NCBI GenBank assembly: GCA_963717145.1
Contig: OY970325.1
Coordinates: 2,496,001-2,560,000 of the forward strand
Direction: 5' to 3'
Origin: an uncultured Armatimonadetes bacterium
GTDB taxonomy: Bacteria > Armatimonadota > UBA5829 > DTJY01
DNA: 64,000 bases
The notes beneath the pieces were generated by a model, which searched no databases, was not told the origin of the DNA, and saw only the letters and a program-made list of their open reading frames with translations. Within the stretch, counting starts at the first letter, position 1. Every line of letters starts with the position of its first letter. Position numbers and translations under genes: made by a program. This document shows positions 58,741 to 64,000 of this stretch, in pieces.

Positions 58741-58900
58741 ACACACCTTCCCGGACTTCGGCGCTGGTGCTTGGCACGTTTTCGTTCGGGAGGGCGAGGC
58801 TCCGTCCGAGCCGCAATGCCTGGCTCGGACGGAGCCTCGCCCTCCCGCGTGAGCGGAACCAAGTCGGGCCGCGGACTGATGGGAAGGGCGGTATAAACCA
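58741..58900 (+). ncRNA. rpsB 5' leader (t44 / S2-binding RNA)
   Basis: ACACAC...GGTGC...GTCGG...TGGGAAGGGCGGTATAAACC segments in t44 order, directly upstream of rpsB. Confidence 0.7.
58787..58847. repeat. 26-bp perfect inverted repeat (REP-like) inside the rpsB leader
   Basis: cgggagggcgaggctccgtccgagcc / ggctcggacggagcctcgccctcccg. Confidence 0.85.
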
Positions 58901-58914
58901 GAAGGGAGAATCAG

Positions 58915-59778
58915 TTGAGTTCAATCACCATGAAGGAACTCCTCGAAGCAGGAGTGCACTTCGGTCACCAGACCCGCAAGTGGAACCCCAAGATGAAGCG
59001 GTACATCTACGGTGGCCGAAACGGAATCTACATCATCGACCTCCATCAGACCCTCAAGCTCTTCGATGTCGCAAGGCAGTTCATCCAGGACGTCGTATCG
59101 AGAGGCGAGGTCGTGCTCTTCGTAGGCACGAAGAAGCAGGCCCAGGACGCAGTCGAAGAGGCCGCACGGGGCTGTGGGATGTACTGGGTCAACCAGCGCT
59201 GGCTCGGCGGCATGATGACAAACTACAAGACGATCAAGATCAGGATCGATCGTCTCGCCGAACTGCGCAAGATGGAAGAGGACGGGATTTTCGATCGGCT
59301 GACCAAGAAGGAAGCCGCCCTCCTCCGCGAAGAGATGGAGAAGCTGGAGCGGGTCCTCGGCGGCATCAAGAGCATGCCGAAGCTCCCCGGCGCGATCTAC
59401 ATCGTGGACCTAAAGAAGGAGCACATCGCGCTCGCCGAAGCCCGGAAGCTCGAGATCCCGGTCGTGGCAATCGTCGATACGAACTGCGATCCGGATGAAG
59501 TCGACTACGTTATCCCCGGCAACGACGACGCGATCCGTGCAATCAAGCTGATCACCGGCAAGATCGCCGACGCGATCGCCGAGGTCCGCCAGATCGAGAC
59601 CCAGGGCGAAGAAGTCGGAGAGGAAGTCTCCGAGGAAGAGGAAGAAGAGAAGCCCGAACCCGTCGATGCCATCGTTGATGAGGACCTCGTGATGCTGGGC
59701 GAAGCGGACGAACCGGTGGAAGAGGATGAAGCCGCCCGCAAGGTAGTCGCACCGATCGACGAGGAAGAGGAGGAATAG
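58915..59778 (+). CDS. rpsB: 30S ribosomal protein S2
   Basis: [36 protein letters not shown]. Confidence 0.98.
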   Translation: MSSITMKELLEAGVHFGHQTRKWNPKMKRYIYGGRNGIYIIDLHQTLKLFDVARQFIQDVVSRGEVVLFVGTKKQAQDAVEEAARGCGMYWVNQRWLGGMMTNYKTIKIRIDRLAELRKMEEDGIFDRLTKKEAALLREEMEKLERVLGGIKSMPKLPGAIYIVDLKKEHIALAEARKLEIPVVAIVDTNCDPDEVDYVIPGNDDAIRAIKLITGKIADAIAEVRQIETQGEEVGEEVSEEEEEEKPEPVDAIVDEDLVMLGEADEPVEEDEAARKVVAPIDEEEEE

Positions 59779-59783
59779 GACTC

Positions 59784-60383
59784 ATGGCTATCAGTGCCGA
59801 GACAGTAAAGGACCTGAGAGAGAAGACCGGCGCCGGAATGATGGACTGCAAGAGAGCACTCGAGGAGTCTTGCGGCGACATCGAGAAGGCGATCAACATA
59901 TTGCGCGAGAAGGGCTCGGCCGTCCTGGCGAAGCGTGAGTCCAAGGTTGCCTCCGAAGGGACCGTGGAGGTCTACATCCACACAGGCGGGAAGATCGGCG
60001 TCCTCGTCGAGTTGAACTGCGAGACCGATTTCGTCGCCAAGACCGACGATTTCAAGCAGTTGGCAAAGGACGTCGCCATGCACATCTCCTGGAGCAATCC
60101 GGAGTACCTGACTCGCGAGGAGATCCCTTGCGAGAAGCTGGAGTGCGAGCGCGAGATCCACAAGCAGTGGGCGCTGAACCAGGGCAAGCCCGAGGCCGCT
60201 CTCCCGAAGATCGTCGAGGGCCGCATGGAGAAATACTTTTCCACGGTAGTCCTGCTCGATCAGCCGTTCATCAAGAACGAGGACATGACTATCGGCGAAC
60301 TCGTTCGAGAGAAGGCCGGCAAGATTGGCGAGAAGATCGGCGTCCGCCGGTTCGCGCGCTTCAGAGTCGGCGAAGAACTCTAA
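59784..60383 (+). CDS. tsf: Elongation factor Ts (short form)
   Basis: LREKTGAGMMDCKRAL, ELNCETDFVA. Confidence 0.97.
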   Translation: MAISAETVKDLREKTGAGMMDCKRALEESCGDIEKAINILREKGSAVLAKRESKVASEGTVEVYIHTGGKIGVLVELNCETDFVAKTDDFKQLAKDVAMHISWSNPEYLTREEIPCEKLECEREIHKQWALNQGKPEAALPKIVEGRMEKYFSTVVLLDQPFIKNEDMTIGELVREKAGKIGEKIGVRRFARFRVGEEL

Positions 60384-60384
60384 C

Positions 60385-60494
60385 AGGGAAATGGTTGATG
60401 GTTAATTGTTGATGGCAGAGGGGAATGGTTCATGGTTTTCATTCCCCATTTCCCATTAACCATCGACCATCAACCATTTCCCCCATCAACCATT
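60385..60494. repeat. Heptamer-based nested hairpin repeat
   Basis: atggttgatggttaattgttgatgg ... ccattaaccatcgaccatcaaccat. Confidence 0.8.
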
Positions 60495-61226
60495 ATGAAA
60501 CCAGAACCTCCGAGATGGAAGAGAGTCCTGCTCAAGTTGAGTGGTGAGGCATTCGCCGGCGATCAGGGCTTCGGCATCGATCCGGACGCCGTCAAGCGAC
60601 TGGCAGAGGACATCCTCGAAACCAGGCAGGTCGGCATCGATGTGGCAGTGGTGGTCGGCGGCGGGAACATCATTCGCGGCGGAAGGGCCTCCAGCAAGGG
60701 CGTGGACAGGGCGAGCGCCGACTACATGGGAATGCTCGGCACAGTGATCAACGCACTGGCGCTCCAGGATGCCCTCGAGAAGCTGGGCGCCGACACCAGA
60801 GTCCAGACCGCCATCACCATGTCCGCGGTGGCCGAGCCGTTCATCCGCCGGCGCGCCATACGACATATGGAGAAGGGGCGGATCGTCATCCTCGCGGCCG
60901 GGACGGGTATGCCGTATTTCACCACGGATACGGCGGCCGTCCAGCGCGCACTCGAAATCCACGCCGAAGCAGTCCTCAAGGGCACGAATGTGGATGGAGT
61001 GTATGACCAGGATCCCAGAAAGTGCCCGGATGCCGTCAAGTTCGAGCAGTTGGACTTCATGGACGCGATCAGCAAAGGGCTCGGCATCATGGACCTCACC
61101 GCGTTCTCGCTCTGCAAGGAATACGATCTACCGATAGTGGTATTCAACATCAACACGCCGGGGAACCTCAAGCGCGTCGTCTGCGGCGAGGCGATCGGCA
61201 CTTACGTTGGGAGGGCCAACCAATGA
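60495..61226 (+). CDS. pyrH: UMP kinase
   Basis: [33 protein letters not shown] 60495. Confidence 0.96.
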   Translation: MKPEPPRWKRVLLKLSGEAFAGDQGFGIDPDAVKRLAEDILETRQVGIDVAVVVGGGNIIRGGRASSKGVDRASADYMGMLGTVINALALQDALEKLGADTRVQTAITMSAVAEPFIRRRAIRHMEKGRIVILAAGTGMPYFTTDTAAVQRALEIHAEAVLKGTNVDGVYDQDPRKCPDAVKFEQLDFMDAISKGLGIMDLTAFSLCKEYDLPIVVFNINTPGNLKRVVCGEAIGTYVGRANQ

Positions 61227-61780
61227 TCACTGAAGTGATGAACGAAGCCGAACGGAAGATGAAGAAAGCGGTGGAAGCCGCACAGCAGGACTACACAACG
61301 ATACGCACCGGACGTGCGAACCCGGCTCTGCTCGAGAAGATTACGGTCGACATGTACGGCAGCGCGATGCCTGTGAACCAGCTTGCCACCATATCCGTAC
61401 CGGAGCCGAGGCAGCTCGTCATAGCCCCGTGGGACAAGACCGCGATCGCAGCCATCGAGCGCGCGATCCAGAAGTCGGACCTGGCGCTGACTCCATCGAG
61501 CGACGGCAACGTCATCCGCCTCAACATTCCTCACCTGACCGAGGAGAGGCGCAAGGACATGATCAAGATCCTCCACAAGAAGGCCGAGGAGCATCGGGTC
61601 GCCGTGCGGAACGTCCGCCGTGAGGCGAACGAGGACCTGAAGAAACTCGAGAAGGCGCACGAGGCGTCGGAGGACGATGTCCGGCGGAATCAGGAGCAGG
61701 TCCAGAAGATTACCGACAAGTACATCGAGCAGATCGATGTCATCACTCACGCCAAAGAGGCGGAGTTGATGGAAGTCTAG
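61223..61780 (+). CDS. frr: Ribosome recycling factor
   Basis: [25 protein letters not shown] 61223. Confidence 0.96.
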   Translation: MITEVMNEAERKMKKAVEAAQQDYTTIRTGRANPALLEKITVDMYGSAMPVNQLATISVPEPRQLVIAPWDKTAIAAIERAIQKSDLALTPSSDGNVIRLNIPHLTEERRKDMIKILHKKAEEHRVAVRNVRREANEDLKKLEKAHEASEDDVRRNQEQVQKITDKYIEQIDVITHAKEAELMEV

Positions 61781-61800
61781 AGTGACGGAGTGCAAGTGCG

Positions 61801-61826
61801 GGGTATGGGAGTATGGGAGTGTGGGG
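61801..61826. repeat. Octamer repeat (GGAGTRTG)n
   Basis: gggtatgggagtatgggagtgtgggg, complement of the 36761 array. Confidence 0.65.
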
Positions 61827-61862
61827 ATAGCCCATGCTCCCTTTCAGCTTTGAGGTAGTGTA

Positions 61863-62639
61863 GTGACAAACCCGGAGCAGGTTCAATACGAGATCGGCAT
61901 CGCGCTCGACCCGGATCGGATGCCCGAGCACGTCGCGATCATCATGGACGGCAACGGCCGGTGGGCGACCGAGCAGGGACTCCCGCGCATCATGGGCCAC
62001 CACGAAGGCTACCAGACCGTCCTCAAGATCGTGCGCGCCGCCGACGACCTGGGTGTCGGGGCTCTGACCCTCTACACGTTCTCGACCGAGAACTGGCGGC
62101 GTCCGAAGGATGAGGTCGAAATGCTGATGGCCCTCATCGAGGATGCCACCCGGAACGAACTCCCCATGATGCTGGAGAACAACATCAGGCTGCGAGTCTC
62201 CGGCCGGGTATCGGAGCTGCCGGACTCCCTGCAGTCGGCGCTCAACGACAATATCGAGCGGACGAAGAGCAACACGGGACTCGTGCTGAACCTGGCGATC
62301 AACTACGGCGGACGGGGGGAGATCCTCGATGCGGTCCGGGAGGCGTGCCGGCGCGTGCGGGCGGGTGAACTCGACCCGGAGACGATCGATGAGACGTACT
62401 TCTCCCATCTGCTGTACACTGCGGGGCTGCCCGACCCGGATCTGATGATCCGCACGGCCGGCGAGCTTCGGGTAAGCAATTTCCTGCTCTGGCAGATCGC
62501 CTACGCCGAGATCTGGGTGACCCCCACCCTATGGCCGGACTTCCGGAAGGCCGACCTTGTCCACGCGATCGCCGATTTCCAAAAGCGCACCCGCAAGTTC
62601 GGATCTGTTTCTTCCTTACCAGGAGGTACACGCCAATGA
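61863..62639 (+). CDS. uppS: Undecaprenyl diphosphate synthase
   Basis: HVAIIMDGNGRWA, FSTENWRRP, NYGGR, RTAGELRVSNFLLWQ. Confidence 0.96.
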   Translation: MTNPEQVQYEIGIALDPDRMPEHVAIIMDGNGRWATEQGLPRIMGHHEGYQTVLKIVRAADDLGVGALTLYTFSTENWRRPKDEVEMLMALIEDATRNELPMMLENNIRLRVSGRVSELPDSLQSALNDNIERTKSNTGLVLNLAINYGGRGEILDAVREACRRVRAGELDPETIDETYFSHLLYTAGLPDPDLMIRTAGELRVSNFLLWQIAYAEIWVTPTLWPDFRKADLVHAIADFQKRTRKFGSVSSLPGGTRQ

Positions 62640-63055
62640 CACGATCCAAAGGGCTTGCCGTCACAGTTGTCATCATCGCAGCGGCGGCCAACCTTTTCAT
62701 CCTTGGGGAGATTCTTTCCATCCTGCTCGGTCTGTATCGCGAACGCACCGACATGCCCCTCCTGACGCTGGGCATACCGCCCGGCCTGGCAGTAGTCGCA
62801 AGCAGCATTCTGGCCTGGCTCATTGCCTCGCTGCAGTTGAGGAAAGCATCCGTCGCGCGGCTGGACGCAATCGGTTGGGGCGCGCTTGCGGGACTCATCG
62901 CGGCGTTGGCGTCCTCCGTGACACTCGGATGGATCCTCATCACGAATCTGGGCTCATCAATGGTCGGCTCGGTACTGATAATCCTTGCCGTCGGACTCCT
63001 ATGCGGGCTGTCGGTGCTTTCCGCTGTGATGTGCCGGTATCGAGGTCGAGGCTAG
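62636..63055 (+). CDS. Hypothetical 4-TM membrane protein
   Basis: ATG 62636 overlaps uppS stop, AGGAGG RBS, four hydrophobic segments. Confidence 0.65.
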   Translation: MTRSKGLAVTVVIIAAAANLFILGEILSILLGLYRERTDMPLLTLGIPPGLAVVASSILAWLIASLQLRKASVARLDAIGWGALAGLIAALASSVTLGWILITNLGSSMVGSVLIILAVGLLCGLSVLSAVMCRYRGRG

Positions 63056-63063
63056 ACGTCCCC

Positions 63064-64000
63064 ATGAAAAGCATCTCGATCCTCGGGTCCACCGGCTCCA
63101 TAGGGACGCAGGTCCTCGACATAGTATCGCGGCTACCGAAGCGGCTGGAAGTCGTTGGACTGGCGGCACATCGCAACGTCGAGCTTCTCGCAGAGCAGGT
63201 TCTTCAATATCAGCCATCGGTCGTCTCCATCGGCACGGAAGAAGACGCCGGGCGACTGCGTACGGAACTCGAACGTCGAACGTCCAACTTCCAACGTCGA
63301 ACACTGAACTTGGAGATCGTCTGGGGCTCGGAAGGACTCGCCCGGGTCGCCACAATGGCTGAGGCGCAAACGGTCGTCGTGTCTGTCGCGGGTGCGATCG
63401 GACTCGCGCCGACCATCGCGGCGATCAAGGCCGGGAAAGAGATCGCCCTCGCGAGCAAAGAGGTCCTGGTAGCGGCCGGAAGCCTCGTGACGAAGCTCGC
63501 AGAAGAGCATGGAGTTCGACTGCTCCCGATCGACAGCGAGCATTCCGCCCTCCTCCAGTGCCTGAATGGCGAAGACCCGAAAACGATCCGGCGGCTGATC
63601 CTGACCGCGTCAGGCGGCGCATTCCGAGACTGCCCGGTTGAGTCGCTCAAAACGGCCACCATCGAGCAGGCACTGGCGCATCCAAACTGGACCATGGGCC
63701 GGAAGATCACCATCGACTCCGCCACGCTGATGAACAAGTGCCTGGAGATCATCGAAGCGCACTGGCTCTTCGGGGTCGAGCCGCAAAAAATCGAGGTTGT
63801 TATTCATCCCCAGAGTATAGTACACTCTATGGTAGAGTTCGACGACGGTTCGACAATCGCGCAGTTGGGAGTGCCCGACATGCGCCTGCCGATCCAGTAC
63901 GCACTCCTCTATCCTGAGCGGCCGGCAACCGGACTCCCGAGGCTCGAAATCACACAGGTCGGGCGTCTCGATTTCCGCGAGCCGGACCTCGAACGCTATC
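63064..64000 (+). CDS. dxr: 1-deoxy-D-xylulose-5-phosphate reductoisomerase (partial)
   Basis: ILGSTGSIG, LASKE, LPIDSEHSA, LTASGG, HPNWTMGRKITIDSATLMNK. Confidence 0.96.
   Translation, partial: MKSISILGSTGSIGTQVLDIVSRLPKRLEVVGLAAHRNVELLAEQVLQYQPSVVSIGTEEDAGRLRTELERRTSNFQRRTLNLEIVWGSEGLARVATMAEAQTVVVSVAGAIGLAPTIAAIKAGKEIALASKEVLVAAGSLVTKLAEEHGVRLLPIDSEHSALLQCLNGEDPKTIRRLILTASGGAFRDCPVESLKTATIEQALAHPNWTMGRKITIDSATLMNKCLEIIEAHWLFGVEPQKIEVVIHPQSIVHSMVEFDDGSTIAQLGVPDMRLPIQYALLYPERPATGLPRLEITQVGRLDFREPDLERY

Noticed and set aside
59784-60383. Truncated tsf pseudogene
   Set aside because: The ~200-aa short EF-Ts form is known (e.g. Thermus, cyanobacteria) and both termini look intact

Overview
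GC-rich bacterial chromosomal segment, probably Armatimonadota (inferred from the gene set, a PEP-CTERM protein, giant prepilin-like proteins and a Terrabacteria-type LexA box). Most genes are on the minus strand: a type IV pilus/T2SS-like cluster (pilB-pilT-pilC-pilD plus four pilin-like genes), aroE-yqeG-mltG-ruvX-alaS, sugar metabolism genes, argS, trpS, two ECF sigma/anti-sigma modules, a capA/DUF3160 module, a sugar ABC operon, dinG and hisDBH. The plus strand carries rpmB and rpsB-tsf-pyrH-frr-uppS-(no cdsA)-dxr. Accessory content: (i) a counter-oriented two-gene candidate defence system (P-loop NTPase-wHTH-degenerate TIR-degenerate Mrr fusion plus a separate PD-(D/E)xK nuclease, 40408-43918); (ii) a stand-alone colicin E3-type RNase domain with a putative immunity gene translationally coupled to trpS, next to an orphan hicB that the ORF track missed; (iii) three 1467-bp IS66-family elements, two forming a TSD-IS-TSD-IS-TSD tandem; (iv) many palindromic and short tandem repeats, some inside reading frames (dinG, dxr, pilX-like gene) or inside the rpsB leader RNA. 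Four genes carry single-base frameshifts that look like assembly indels. No tRNA, rRNA or CRISPR array was seen. All family assignments come from motif recognition, not database searches.
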